64,000 bases of DNA from Eledone cirrhosa (Eukaryota). Positions 11,699 to 28,957 of this stretch are shown piece by piece (the first letter of the stretch is position 1; the number at the start of each line of letters is the position of its first letter). The notes under the pieces were generated by a model that made no database searches, was not told the DNA's origin, and saw nothing but the letters and a program-made list of their open reading frames with translations. The stretch is from positions 100,192,001-100,256,000 of the forward strand of contig OZ024746.1 in the NCBI GenBank assembly GCA_964016885.1, in the 5' to 3' direction. The translations under genes and the position numbers were made by a program.

Positions 11699-14183
11699 AG
11701 TAGTGACATTATTGAGGAAAACAAGGGTGGTGCCCCATCATGTCTGTAGTGACATTATTGAGGAAAACAAAGGTGGTGCCCCATCATGTCTGTAGTGACA
11801 TTATTGAGGAAAACAAAGGTGGTGCCCCATCATGTCTGTAGTGACATTATTGAGGAAAACAAAGGTGGTGCCCCATCATGTCTGTAGTGACATTATTGAG
11901 GAAAACAAAGGTGGTGCCCCATCATGTCTGTAGTGACATTATTGAGGAAAACAAAGGTGGTGCCCCATCATGTCTGTAGTGACATTATTGAGGAAAACAA
12001 AGGTGGTGCCCCATCATGTCTGTAGTGACATTATTGAGGAAAACAAAGGTGGTGCCCCATCATGTCTGTAGTGACATTATTGAGGAAAACAAGGGTGGTA
12101 CCCCATCATGGCTGTAGTGACATTATTGAGGAAAACAAGGGTGGTACCCCATCATGGCTGTAGTGACATTATTGAGGAAAACAAGGGTGGTACCCCATCA
12201 TGGCTGTAGTGACATTATTGAGGAAAACAAGGGTGGTACCCCATCATGGCTGTAGTGACATTATTGAGGAAAACAAGGGTGGTACCCCATCATGTCTGTA
12301 GTGACATTATTGAGGAAAACAAGGGTGGTACCCCATCATGGCTGTAGTGACATTATTGAGGAAAACAAGGGTGGTACCCCATCATGGCTGTAGTGACATT
12401 ATTGAGGAAAACAAGGGTGGTGCCCCATCATGTCTGTAGTGACATTATTGAGGAAAACAAGGGTGGTGCCCCATCATGTCTGTAGTGACATTATTGAGGA
12501 AAACAAGGGTGGTACCCCATCATGTCTGTAGTGACATTATTGAGGAAAACAAGGGTGGTGCCCCATCATGTCTGTAGTGACATTATTGAGGAAAACAAGG
12601 GTGGTGCCCCATCATGTCTGTAGTGACATTATTGAGGAAAACAAGGGTGGTACCCCATCATGGCTGTAGTGACATTATTGAGGAAAACAAGGGTGGTACC
12701 CCATCATGTCTGTAGTGACATTATTGAGGAAAACAAGGGTGGTACCCCATCATGGCTGTAGTGACATTATTGAGGAAAACAAGTGTGGTGCCCCATCATG
12801 GCTGTAGTGACATTGAGGAAAACAAGGGTGGCACCCCATCATGACTGTAGTGACATTATTTAGGAAAACAAGGGTGGCACCCCATCATGACTGTAGTGAC
12901 ATTATTGATGAAAACAAGGGTGGTACCCCATCATGTCTGTAGTGACATTATTGAGGAAAACAAGGGTGGCACCCCATCATGACTGTAGTGACATTATTTA
13001 GGAAAACAAGGGTGGCACCCCATCATGACTGTAGTGACATTATTGATGAAAACAAGGGTGGCACCCCATCATGGCTGTAGTGACATTATTGAGGAAAACA
13101 AGGGTGGTGCCCCATCATGGCTGTAGTGACATTATTGAGGAAAACAAGGGTGGCACCCCATCATGACTGTAGTGACATTATTTAGGAAAACAAGGGTGGC
13201 ACCCCATCATGACTGTAGTGACATTATTGATGAAAACAAGGGTGGCACCCCATCATGGCTGTAGTGACATTATTGAGGAAAACAAGGGTGGTACCCCATC
13301 ATGGCTGTAGTGACATTATTGAGGAAAACAAGGGTGGTGCCCCATCATGGCTGTAGTGACATTATTGAGGAAAACAAGGGTGGTACCCCATCATGACTGT
13401 AGTGACATTATTGAGGAAAACAAGGGTGGTGCCCCATCATGGCTGTAGTGACATTATTGAGGAAAACAAGGGTGGCACCCCATCATGTCTGTAGTGACAT
13501 TATTGAGGAAAACAAGGGTGGTACCCCATCATGTCTGTAGTGACATTATTGAGGAAAACAAGGGTGGTACCCCATCATGTCTGTAGTGACATTATTGAGG
13601 AAAACAAGGGTGGTACCCCATCATGACTGTAGTGACATTATTGAGGAAAACAAGGGTGGTGCCCCATCATGGCTGTAGTGACATTATTGAGGAAAACAAG
13701 GGTGGTACCCCATCATGTCTGTAGTGACATTATTGAGGAAAACAAGGGTGGTACCCCATCATGGCTGTAGTGACATTATTTAGGAAAACAAGGGTGGTAC
13801 CCCATCATGGCTGTAGTGACATTATTGAGGAAAACAAGGGTGGTACCCCATCATGACTGTAGTGACATTATTGAGGAAAACAAGGGTGGTACCCCATCAT
13901 GTCTGTAGTGACATTATTGAGGAAAACAAAGGTGGTACCCCATCATGGCTGTAGTGACATTATTGAGGAAAACAAGGGTGGTACCCCATCATGGCTGTAG
14001 TGACATTATTTAGGAAAACAAGGGTGGTACCCCATCATGTCTGTAGTGACATTATTGAGGAAAACAAGGGTGGTGCCCCATCATGTCTGTAGTGACATTA
14101 TTGAGGAAAACAAGGGTGGTACCCCATCATGTCTGTAGTGACATTATTGAGGAAAACAAAGGTGGTGCCCCATCATGGCTGCA
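11699..14183 (+). repeat. 46-bp minisatellite, ~54 copies
   Basis: Unit tagtgacattattgaggaaaacaagggtggtRccccatcatgDctg; period 46 counted from 11701 to 11747. Confidence 0.97.
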
Positions 14184-14463
14184 GTCCAATGAGACCAGTA
14201 GCAGAATAAATGAATGAAAAATCGACATTCCAAATAAACAATTACAATTTAGATCAGAGGTTCCCAAACCTTTTGGCTCGCTTCTCCCTTAACACCCTCA
14301 GGGACCTCCAATCCTATTTCCAAACTTGCTTACATGCAAATTGTAAATAATATATAATAAATAAAATCGTTAATTTATATATAATAAATAATATAATATA
14401 TACTATGTATAAATAAATATTATATAATTTTATATTACTATATATATATGTATCATTTGATAT

Positions 14464-14692
14464 TTAACCCTTTAGCATTTAAACCGGCCATATCCAGCCA
14501 GAATTCTCTCACCTCTTTCTGTTCAAAGCGGCTGTAACCAGCCACTCATACTGCCTTTAAGGTACTGTTCTCAAAATGAATAATATAAAAATCTCATAGT
14601 TTCGATATTATGCGAGATAATTAAGTGGGGTGAAGTGTTTACCGCGAAAATACAATCGTAAATATAGAGAAATGTAAATGTTAAAGGGTTAA
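14464..14692 (+). mobile_element. piggyBac-type MITE family 1, complete
   Basis: TTAA-CCCTTTAGCATTTA...TAAATGTTAAAGGG-TTAA. Confidence 0.85.
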
Positions 14693-14825
14693 TATACTAT
14701 TATATCATCTCTACCACCTCCAGCACCCCTTGTACCTTCTCAATGCCCCCCCCCCCCGGGGGGGGGGGGGGGTAGCACCTGCTTTGAGAAGCTCTAATTT
14801 AGATAGTAAATAAATGAATACATAC

Positions 14826-15151
14826 TTGGACCATTTTTCCAAAGGTGCTTTCCTTTCAAGATAACCTGATGTAACAGTGTGAGGTTGTAACTGTAGTGAA
14901 GTCATACTGAGTGCAGATGATAGTTTACCAATATTACACTTTGTCGTGTCAGTGTAAAGATTTTCAACAAGAGGTAGAGACACAGGGCGCTTGGCAGTCT
15001 GTACTCCTCGCCCAGTTGTTTGTAATGTAGTGGTATGAACCAAAGATTTTGTTTCATCACAGCTGGGAGAGCATGGCTGTTGAACATTACACAATGATTT
15101 TCTGGCAGGTGTGTGGGTAGGTGCAATCTTTGTACTACTGATGTGCGCCAT
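14826..15151 (-). CDS. Host gene coding exon (326 nt): Ser/Thr-rich linker followed by the N-terminus of a probable PH domain
   Basis: Acceptor ttgttctttcag|ATG, donor TCCAA|gtatgt, unique non-repeat sequence with an open frame; ends VTSGYLERKAPLEKWSK, resembling PH beta1-beta2 (GYLxK...WxK). Confidence 0.75.
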
Positions 15152-15968
15152 CTGAAAGAACAATAATAATAATAACAATAATAGCAACAACAACAATAAC
15201 AATAATAGTATAACAATGAAAATAGTTTTATAGAAAACTAATAGCTACAGCTCCACTAACAAAGAACCAACAGTTACAACTTCAAATAACAAAGGATTAT
15301 TGTTATAAATCTCACAAAATAAATTCAGTAAAATGTTATTGGTAAATTAGCCAGCATTTCAAATAGAAATACCAATCCTACAGCTTTGGAGAAATGGAAT
15401 CAACATATGAACTGGATCTTGAGCAATAAATAGTATTTTGTGTTCATCCTCTTACAGAATCCTTCCTTATTCATGTCTGAAGTTTCACAATAATTGTAAA
15501 AAAGAAAAAAAATATATATATAGATATATATATATATAAATAAATGATGATGATGGTGGTAATAATAATAATAATTATAATAATAATGATGATGGAGCTT
15601 GAAAGACAAATTTCTCATATCATCTTGCTCCCTGTTAACTAAAATTGTTTGTGACGTAAAAACATAATAGATAGAACAAGACATGTGATGTAAAATAAAG
15701 GAGTTAGTTACACATGGCTGATTTTAAAAGGGTTCAAAATGGAGTTTGTAGGTCAATTACAGAAAATTATAAACTAAGTACAAAGCAAAGAGTAATAAAA
15801 AAAGAAAGTGTAAAATATTTCAAAGGATTATAAATAAACTAAAAAGAAACTTTTCAAATTTTCCTTTTTTTTTTCATTTGTTTTGTTTTGTTTTTAATAA
15901 CAGTATAAACGATTAATGAAAAAACAAGATTCACATGGATTTTTGTAGAAATAAGATGTGATAAAATT

Positions 15969-16259
15969 TTAACCCTTTAGCATTTAAACCGGCTGTATCT
16001 CGCCAGAATTCTCTCACCTCTTTCTTTTCAAATCCGCCATAAGTGGCTGCATCTGGCCAGAATTCTGTCACCTCTTTCTGTTCAAACTGGCTGTAACCAA
16101 CCACTAATACTGATGTTAAGGTATTATTCTCAAAATATCAAAATAAATAATATAAAAATCTCATAGATTCGATATTATGTGAGATAATTATTTCAGGTAA
16201 AGCCTTTACTGAGAAAATATAATAGTAAATATAGAATAATGTAAATGTTAAAGGGTTAA
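15969..16259 (+). mobile_element. piggyBac-type MITE family 1 with internal ~55-bp duplication
   Basis: TTAA TSDs and TIRs; ccagaattct.tcacctcttt occurs twice. Confidence 0.82.
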
Positions 16260-17582
16260 TAAGTTGTTGGGTCCAATGGAAACGTGGATGTATGATGATG
16301 ATGTTGATGATGTGTTTGTAACATTGAGATACTGAAAAATATTTTTAATAAAATTTAAAATATTACAAAAATATATTTACAGTGGAACCTGCCATGGATC
16401 ACCAGCTAGAGATATTTATGTTGCAATAATTCCAGTAAGTATGTGGATTACCAGCCAGAGATATTAATGTTGCAGTAAGTTCAGCTATTTTATTAACTTT
16501 TAACATCCTGTACCACATCAAACCACAGTAGCTAGACATAGGAATAAAACATTTTTAAAGCAGTTTATTTTGCCGTGGATAGAAACCACTGACTCGCTAG
16601 CGTTATGCCCACAGTTGCTGTGGACTACCATTTTTTGGAAACAGATGACACACCATCCTCATAAGCTGTGCAATTCCTGTCAAGGATCTCAAAGTACTCA
16701 CTGCGCAGATCAAAAGGTGTGGAGGAGACCCTGAAGGGTGTTTGGAGTAATGTTAGTTAATAGAGCTGCACTTCTAATGGAGATCACAGCTCCGATACTA
16801 CAGACATATTCCTGAGAGGGTCATGGAAACAGAGTCCTCAAACAGCAGGTCCTGACAGAAGCAACAGTTTCCAATTGATCCAGATGGATCCCCAAGTGCA
16901 ACCAGCCAAGCTCATGGAGGTTATTCAACTATCTTACTCAGGATCCACCCCTGGGTCACCTTTTTCCTGTAAAATATGTCCTGTGATTCTTTCCTGAGAC
17001 ATTCTAACCACAGGCCTATAATACTACATCAATAAAATAACAACATATCTATTTGATAAGGGTAATAAATGTATATCAATACTCATCTTTCTCCATTTCT
17101 TAGAGGGTTCTAAACTCCACTACCATGCTAAAATTTCTTTAGTAAAAAATACAGTGAAAGCTTCTATTTCTATTTTCAAACTCACTATTTCAAAACATAC
17201 TTGTTATAGTTACATGAATAGATATTGTTTCTGATTGAGACAAAGCAAGAGTAGATTTGAATTCATATAAAAATGAGAAAACTCATTGCTTGAACAGCCA
17301 TTAAAACAGCCAAATACTGTCAATGACAGGGGTGAGCAAAAATGCCTGAGAGGACAGAGACCAGCAGTCAGTGGTTGGCAGAGAGACCATCTATGAGGTA
17401 GGTAGCAATCTTTTTTACATTTTATCTATCACATTTATTTTATGGATCTTCTACAGACTGAAAGAACAATGTTAGACTGCAAATTTCATATCTTCCCATC
17501 AATATTTTGTTCTAAGTTCATACACAGCAAAACAATAAGCTCTCACTGGCCCAGTTCACCTAAATATCTGTACCATTGGAGG

Positions 17583-17631
<49 letters not shown>

Positions 17632-17787
17632 ATATCCTGAAGCAGTGAGAACATTCAAGTGTTTTGTTTGTTTATGAGGCCAAATTCAAGTTTTCCTGTA
17701 AATCTGGAAAATATAACAAACAAAACACTCCCAATACATCATAAAACTGACTGCAACATCTTGTATAAAACACCATCACGTACGCCA

Positions 17788-17960
17788 CTTCTATGTGGTC
17801 GACCTGCTGGAAAAAACAGTCAAATCTCTTTCAAGTTATACTACCATCTTAAAAAAGCGAATGTCGAACTTATCTCCCAAAATGACAGGATTATCTTGGC
17901 TTGAATGTCTTTTATCAAAGGTCTGTTCGATTAAGGCTGACCTGGGGCTAAACATCAACA
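17788..17960 (+). mobile_element. Old retroposon tail family (related copy ~6940-7075)
   Basis: Shared aggtctg.tc...ctgacctgg.gctaaaca end. Confidence 0.45.
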
Positions 17961-18422
17961 TGTTAGTTGTATAGTTAGTATAGAGAAAGTCATGAAAAAT
18001 ATGGAAGTGGCCAAAACAGTTGAGTCCTTGGGTGACTGTTTCACACATTTCTTCCATTTCAGTTTAGAAAATCAGAATGTGATTAGCCCATCTGAGGAAG
18101 GAGTCCTGCAAGGTGGGGTGGCTGTTACAGTGGGTGTCAAGAGTCATTGTCTGTGGAAACACCTTTGCCATTTTGTCTGCTGGGTACAGTCACAAGACCA
18201 CCCTGACTTAAGTGTAGAGTCTGTCACATTCTCCCCTTCCCCCTTTCTTTCATTGCCTTATAATTCTTGTCCTTCCCCTCCTTTTCCTCTCATAGCATTT
18301 ATAGTCCTTTCCAATACTAATTTATTATTCAATGTTTCACTAAATATTAAATTCTTCATCACTTTTACGTAATTTTATCCTAGAAATATATTTGAGTATT
18401 TTGAAATAAAATATTACTCCAT

Positions 18423-18638
18423 TTAACCCGTTAGCATTTAAACTGGCTGTATCTGGGCAGAATTTTCTAACCTCTTTCTGTTCAAACGAGCCATAACTGA
18501 CCTCTCATACTGATGTTAAGGTATTGTTCTCAAAATAATATTGAATCTACGAGATGCTGATGTTATTTAAGTGAGATAAAGCCTTTACCCTAAAAATACA
18601 ACACTATATATAGAGTAATTTAAATGGTAAAGGGGTAA
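18423..18638 (+). mobile_element. piggyBac-type MITE family 1, diverged
   Basis: ttaacccgttagcattta...taaatggtaaaggggtaa. Confidence 0.75.
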
Positions 18639-19180
18639 ACATCTGACAGGGTCTGCATTACTTTTCATACCTTTGATATTAACCCTTTTTCTTTCATAGC
18701 AACTCATCTGAGTTTCTCCAGCTAAGAAGTTCATCTTTGAATTAACATTGTGATAAAACTTTATCCCAATGATATCACAAGAATGCAGTTGGACATCAAC
18801 ATAACATATACCCATACATCATCATCAAGCATTATTTTTTTTATTATGCAGGACGCAATCCCTAAGTAGGGATAAATCCTGCCTGACAACACTGTCCCAC
18901 TCCATGTGTTTCTGTCTGCCAGTTTCACTTGGCCCAGGCCAAGCCTAGCTTGATGCCCTAAATCTGTACTTGATAATAAGACATTTGCACAAAAGTGTAC
19001 TGATCAAAGCAAAGATTGAATGTTTTATAGAAAGTCAAACAGAAATATCAAAGTAAACAACACAGTACAATAAGGAAATATATTAGTTTTACATTTCATA
19101 AAGTAGGTAAAGAGTCTTAAAGTTTTGCACACTAGTCTCTCTCTCTCACTGTGTGTGTATATATATATATATATATAAAT

Positions 19181-19215
<35 letters not shown>

Positions 19216-19262
19216 AGTGTCCAAAACGTTATATATACATACATTAAAAAATCAGGACCCCA

Positions 19263-20546
19263 ATGTTGATTTTTATGTGGTCCGAAACAGCTGAGATCAG
19301 GTATTTGGAGGTCATGGGTTCTATTAGTAATAGAGCGCAAATCCTCCATTCACATTATGCCAAACCCATGACCTCCAAATACCTGATCCACCGAAACTCA
19401 GCTGTTTCGGACAACATAAAAATCAAAATACTGATTGCGGACTTAGTAAGGGTGATGAGGAACGTGTCCTGAATGTGCAACCCTAAAGAATTAGAGAGAC
19501 ACATAGAACACTTCATCCACCACATGCAGTTCTCTGGTTACAATAAGAGAGACAAGATCAGGGTATATAAAGGAGCTAGAACCAAATGGACAAAGATTGT
19601 AGAAAATGATGCAAATGGAACTTGCCCCTTGTATAGGAGCACATTTTGGAACAGAATAGAAAGGATTAGGAATAAGACAAAATAAAGTCATGGTATGATA
19701 GCAATAAATACCAGAGTGTAATGTTTGTCAATACAACCCCTAGAAGCGAACTAGCTTATAGATTTAGAAGGGCTATAGACAAGTCCAAATCAAATATTAA
19801 GATAGTTGAAAGACCAGGTATTCCCATAAAAACCCTAATAAGCAAAACATATCCATTTCAAAGAACCCCCTGTGCTGATAGGCATAGTCTGCAGGTTAAG
19901 CCCACAAATTAACTGCAAAACTAGGAACGTAGTATATAGCATAAGATGTACTGAGGGACAGTGTAGGAATAAGAACATAACATACATAGGTGAAACAGCC
20001 TGTAGCATAGGAGAAAGGATAAGTGAACACTGGCAAGAACTTCAGGGTGGGAAAAACTCATCAGTACTCCACCAACATGCCAAAATAGAACATAGGGGCA
20101 CATTAGAGAACAGAGATAAAAATTATATCCACACACAGAAAAGATGCAATGCTCAGACAAATCACAGAGGCAACAAATATAAACAAACTCCAACCAAAAT
20201 TAAACAGAAAATATGAGTGGAATAGCAACATCACAACTAGTAATTAAGGACAAAATGAAGACATAGATGGAACAAACAAACAAATAGTGACAAATAAATA
20301 AACACATAAATAAATCAAAAATACACACACACACACGCAGATGTAACGCATGCGCAAAACTAAACACACACCACACAAAAACAAAATGGTGTAAGACAGA
20401 ACAAAGGAGAGACACACAAAATAAAAACTTAGTCACTGGGGAGGTCACAGAATGTGTGATGAAAGAGATTTGACAATATATAAACAACCATCCGGTTATC
20501 AAACCAACCGACTGGAAATTTATAATAAATTGAAGTAAAATTCAAC
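19263..20546 (+). mobile_element. Penelope-like retroelement, 5'-truncated and disrupted (RT C-terminus, GIY-YIG endonuclease, pLTR)
   Basis: NVVYSIRC...TYIGETACSIGERISEH GIY-YIG motif; upstream YAKPM..YLIHRNSA and MQFSGY thumb motifs; stops and frameshifts; 5' inversion. Confidence 0.9.
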
Positions 20547-20601
20547 GCGTGCGTGCGTGTGCGTGTGTGTGTGTATATATATGTGTATATATATATATAT
20601 A

Positions 20602-21269
20602 CAGTGCATCTTCGCTTATCTGGATATCGCTTTTCCGAAATTCGATTTACCGGACGGCTATTTCTATACTACCACCGGATGAAGGACTTGATTTTGGCAG
20701 ATGGACAGATACGGGCAGCATTTCTTCCGGCGAACGTTACGTCACTTATTCAGCCAATGGACCAGGGAGTTTTGAAGACACTAAAGCGGATTTACAGAAA
20801 ACAATTGCTGCCGGATTTGATCGGAAAAGGGGACACGGGAATGATTCCATTTTTACGTGCGATAAACATGAGGGAGGTGGTTGGCCATTCAGTTGTTGCA
20901 TGGAAATGGTAGCGGGAAATGGTAGCGGAACGACGAGCTTCAGCGTGAAAACAATCTTCTATTTATTCATTTTTTTAAAAAGTACTAACTTTTTATGGTT
21001 TGACTCTATTCAATTTTACCAAGTTTTTAGTTATTCTTATGTTTGTTTAATTAATTTTCTTATAAATTCTAGCTGTTCTTTTGTTATTCTAATAAACTTT
21101 CTTTACTTAGCATTTGTCTTTTATTTTGACTAAAAGAAGTCAAAACATTAGAAACCACGAGCATTATGTAACAATGGGATTTTAGAATTCACTTATCCGG
21201 ATATTTCACTTAACCGGATCTTTTTCTAACTGTTTGGTTTTGACCGTCCGGATAAGCGAAGATTCACTG
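20602..21269 (+). mobile_element. Internally deleted pogo/Tigger DNA transposon
   Basis: TIRs CAGTGCATCTTCGCTTATC / GATAAGCGAAGATTCACTG in a TA context; DDE remnant FLPANVTSLIQPMDQGVLKTLK. Confidence 0.9.
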
Positions 21270-22275
21270 TTTATATATATATGTGTGCATATATATGTTT
21301 ATATATGTGTATGTGTGTGTATATCATCATCATCATCATCATACGTCCACTTCTCCCTGCTTGTGTATGTATATATGAGTAAATGTGTGTGTGTATATAT
21401 ATATAAATATATAACGAAGGAAGTGTGGTAAGAAACAAGGTGGACCATAACACAGCAAAGTACTCAATACTGGGTGGTAGGGTGGGTAATAGGAAAAGAG
21501 TCAAAATTGAAATTTTAATTTGTAACCCTGATTGAAGAAATGACTGAATAGATGTATGTTATAAGATTGGTAAAGAGAGGTGCTGCTGTTGTTGTTGTTG
21601 TATCTCAATAGAAGGTGAGAAGATACAACAATAAAGACTACATTAGTAAGAAGTCATTGGTTGGATGATTGAGATTGTGTCATGAAAGAATAAAAGGTTA
21701 GAAGGGGACAGGAAAGAGAAGATATATGTGTGTGTGTGAGTGTACGTGTGTGTGTGTATATGTATGCACATAGATAGATAGATATATACACAAACACACA
21801 AGTGTGTGTGCGCGTGTGCGTGTGTGTGCGCGTGTGTGCGTGCGTGTGCGCGTGTGTGCGTGCGTGTGTGTATGTGTGTGTGTAGCAAACACAAACACTA
21901 CAGGGAGCCTCACCCCAGAAAGAATTCTATAGTATTCTGACTGAGGAATGCTCTCAAAACTGACCAATGGGAAGTTTGACACTTTTTTTTTTTTTTTTTT
22001 TGTGATTTTGTTCCTTTACCACCTTGTCCCTTCTACCACTTTATCAATTTTTTAAGCTAACTCCAACAATAACAACACTTAGAATGAGGAATGTTCTAAC
22101 AACTGACCAATGAGAGGAGAAGAGGCCCTTTGCAACTGAAATTCGTTTGTTTGAATTCATATGATTCCAGTTCCTCAGTGAAATAACAACCGAACCAGGA
22201 ACTGGGCATATCAGAGTATTAACAATATTATACACCTAAACAACATATATACTTGTCTATACCATACTAATTCAG

Positions 22276-22330
22276 ACTGCCTGAAGAGATCACAGCCAAA
22301 GATGGCTGTCACCGAAATATCTACAGCAGT
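22276..22330 (+). ncRNA. Degenerate type I hammerhead-like motif
   Basis: actgc-CTGAAGA-g..acagcca aaga tggctgt..c-GAAA-tatcta-CA-gcagt; stems I and II pair, cleavage triplet mutated. Confidence 0.6.
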
Positions 22331-22486
22331 AATAAACGAAGCTAAATTTTAAACATTTGACTTTTTATTTAACTTTATTATATATACATATATATACATA
22401 TACATATACATATATACATATATATATACATATACATACACATATATACATATATATATACATATACATACATATACATATATATA

Positions 22487-22830
22487 CATCATCATTTCAT
22501 CATTTCATTTTACGTCCACTTTTTCCCTGCTTGCAAGGGTGGGACAGGAACTGATTCTGGCTTGATTTCTACAGCTGGATGCCCTTCCTAACACCAATCT
22601 CATTTACAGTGAGTGCTGGGTGCTTTTTTGCTGTGGCACCTCCACGACCACTTTGCAGTGGAATGATAGGGACCCCAGTCCCTATCATCTCATTTCTACA
22701 GCTGAGTAAACTGGAGCAATGTGAAATAAAGTGTCTTGCTCAAGGAAACAACACATCACCCGGTCTGAGAATTGAACTTACAACCTTTCGATTGCAAGGC
22801 CAATGCTCTAACCACTAAGCCATGTGCCTC
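22487..22830 (-). mobile_element. tRNA-derived SINE family A, full length
   Basis: Reverse complement of 9293-9627 with few differences. Confidence 0.88.
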
Positions 22831-22832
22831 CA

Positions 22833-24829
<1,997 letters not shown>

Positions 24830-24832
<3 letters not shown>

Positions 24833-26747
24833 CTCTTTTACTCTTTTACCTGTTTCAGCCATCCGGCTGAGGCCATGCTGGGGCACCGCCCTTGTTGCTA
24901 CACATTTTATCTCCAGCCTGTATAGGTTGGCCACTGGTGTAGGAGGGAGTTTGTTGCTGCTGCCCTTAGGTTTCCCTCGTGTCTTGCTGTGGGCTCATCC
25001 GGGATCCTGGATAACAAGGTGTCGAGATGTTTCTTAAAGACATCCACCTCCACGTCATGCAAGTCTCGCAGATGCCTCGGCAGCCTGTTGAAGAGTTGAG
25101 GGCCCTTGAATCCCAGGCTATTGCAATACCTGCTCCTTATTCTAGATGTGGAAGACGGGACCTTTGGCACCACACAGTGACGTCCTGTTCGACGGTTGGT
25201 CCAGCTCCCAATGCCAAAGTTTGGTGCTAGTCCCTCCAGGATTTTCCACATGTAGATCACTGCGTATCTCTCCCGTCTTCGCTCCAAGGAGTAGAGGTTC
25301 AGTTCCTTCAGCCTCTCCCAGTAGCTTGTCTCCCTCATCTTGGCAATCCTCTTGGTGTAGCTTCGCTGGATTGCCTCAAGCTCTGTGGTTAGTTTGACAC
25401 TATGGGGTGACCACAGCTGGGAGCAGTAGTCCAGGCGGCTTAGGACAAAAGTCCTCCACAGTGTCAACATGGTGTCTCGATCTCTTGTAAGGAAAGTCCT
25501 CAAGATCCAGCCAGCGAATCGTCTACATGCTGTCGCCACCTTCATGATGTGTGAAGAAAAAGATGCATCATCGCTCATGTCTATGCCCAGGTCTCGTATC
25601 GATTTTGACACGGGGATATCGGTCCCTCCTGGTCCTGTGTAGCTGTGTTCCGCTATATTTGTGTTTGTGTTTGCAGGTTTGTATTGTAGGGCTTGGAATT
25701 TGCCAGCATTAAACTGCATGTTGTTTTCTTCCGCCCATCTGTATATGGCATCCAGATCCTGCTGTAAGAGGGCAGCGTCAGCCGGGTTTTTGATTGCCTG
25801 TGCTACCTTAGTGTCATCAGCATAGCTAGTGAGGGATGTTGTTGCATGCACCACAGAGGGCATGTCCGAGAGAGCCACCAAAAACAGTAGTGGTCCCAGG
25901 ACTGTCCCCTGAGGCACCCCACTTGTTATCGGTGTTTCCCTCGAGAGGGCCCCATTTGCTGCGACTGCCTGGCTTCTGTCCCTCAGGAAGCCATGCAGCC
26001 ACTCACCTACTTTTCCAGTTATGCCGAGTCCGTGTAGTTTGTGACATATCATTCCGTGGTCGACCTTGTCAAAGGCCTTCGCAAAGTCAAGATATATCAC
26101 GTCTACATGTGAGCTGTCTAGTAGCTGTCTCAGTACCCAGTCGTAGTGATGTAGCAGCTGTGTAAGGCAGCTTCTTCCTGGGCGGAAGCCATGTTGCGTG
26201 CTAGTCAGGCGGTCATTTTCTTCGAGGAAAGTGATTAGTTTCTTTCTGACGACTCGCTCCATGACCTTACTGATATGCGACGTCAGGGAGACTGGCCTAT
26301 AGTTCTTGGCCTCCGCTCTACTACCTCCTTTATGGATAGGGCATATTGTGCCTTCTTTCAGCTCCCTGGGTAGTACACCGCTAGCCAAGGAGCTTCTGAA
26401 GAGCATCTTCAGTGGAGTTGCTAAGGCCCGCTTACATATTTTTAGGAGAACTGCTGGGAATCCATCAGGTCCAGCAGCCGAGTCTGTTCTAATTTCATCA
26501 ATGGCGTACACCACATCCTCCTCCGTTATGTCTATGTGGTTGATGGTTGCCATTTCTTGATGTAGTGTTGTGGCATCAAAGAACTCCTCTGGCTTCGTTA
26601 TTTGCATGTGCCTCAGTGGACATGTGAAGACACTTTTGTACTGTTCGTTCAGTATTTCACATATCTCTTGGGGATTTTCGGTTAATGAACCGTCCGTGTG
26701 GAAGAGTGGTCCAATCTTGCAGTGTACTGAGGCAGTTTCTTTTGCAA
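24830..26747 (-). mobile_element. CR1-group LINE, 5'-truncated, with uninterrupted ~610-aa RT ORF (stop at 24907) and 3' tail
   Basis: [58 protein letters not shown]; tail ggcggtgccccagcatggcc...gaaacaggtaaaagagtaaaagagta. Confidence 0.93.
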
Positions 26748-28955
<2,208 letters not shown>

Positions 28956-28957
28956 TT

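Noticed and set aside
11699-14183. CRISPR-like appearance of the regular arrays (also 32387-35128 and 51381-52888)
   Set aside because: Head-to-tail units with no unique spacers, no cas genes and a eukaryotic context
14746-14772. C12-G15 homopolymer hairpin near the exon donor
   Set aside because: Homopolymer lengths are error-prone and nothing supports a function
15374-15477. Candidate exon just upstream of the PH exon
   Set aside because: Stops in all three frames from the only plausible acceptor
18671-18721. Candidate 51-nt minus-strand exon (ttag|CTGG...AAAG|gtatga)
   Set aside because: Weak polypyrimidine tract, phase incompatible with the 15151 exon if coding, and no recognisable motif
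18915-18958. Hairpin followed by GAAAC on the minus strand (hammerhead candidate)
   Set aside because: No CUGANGA box and no stem I
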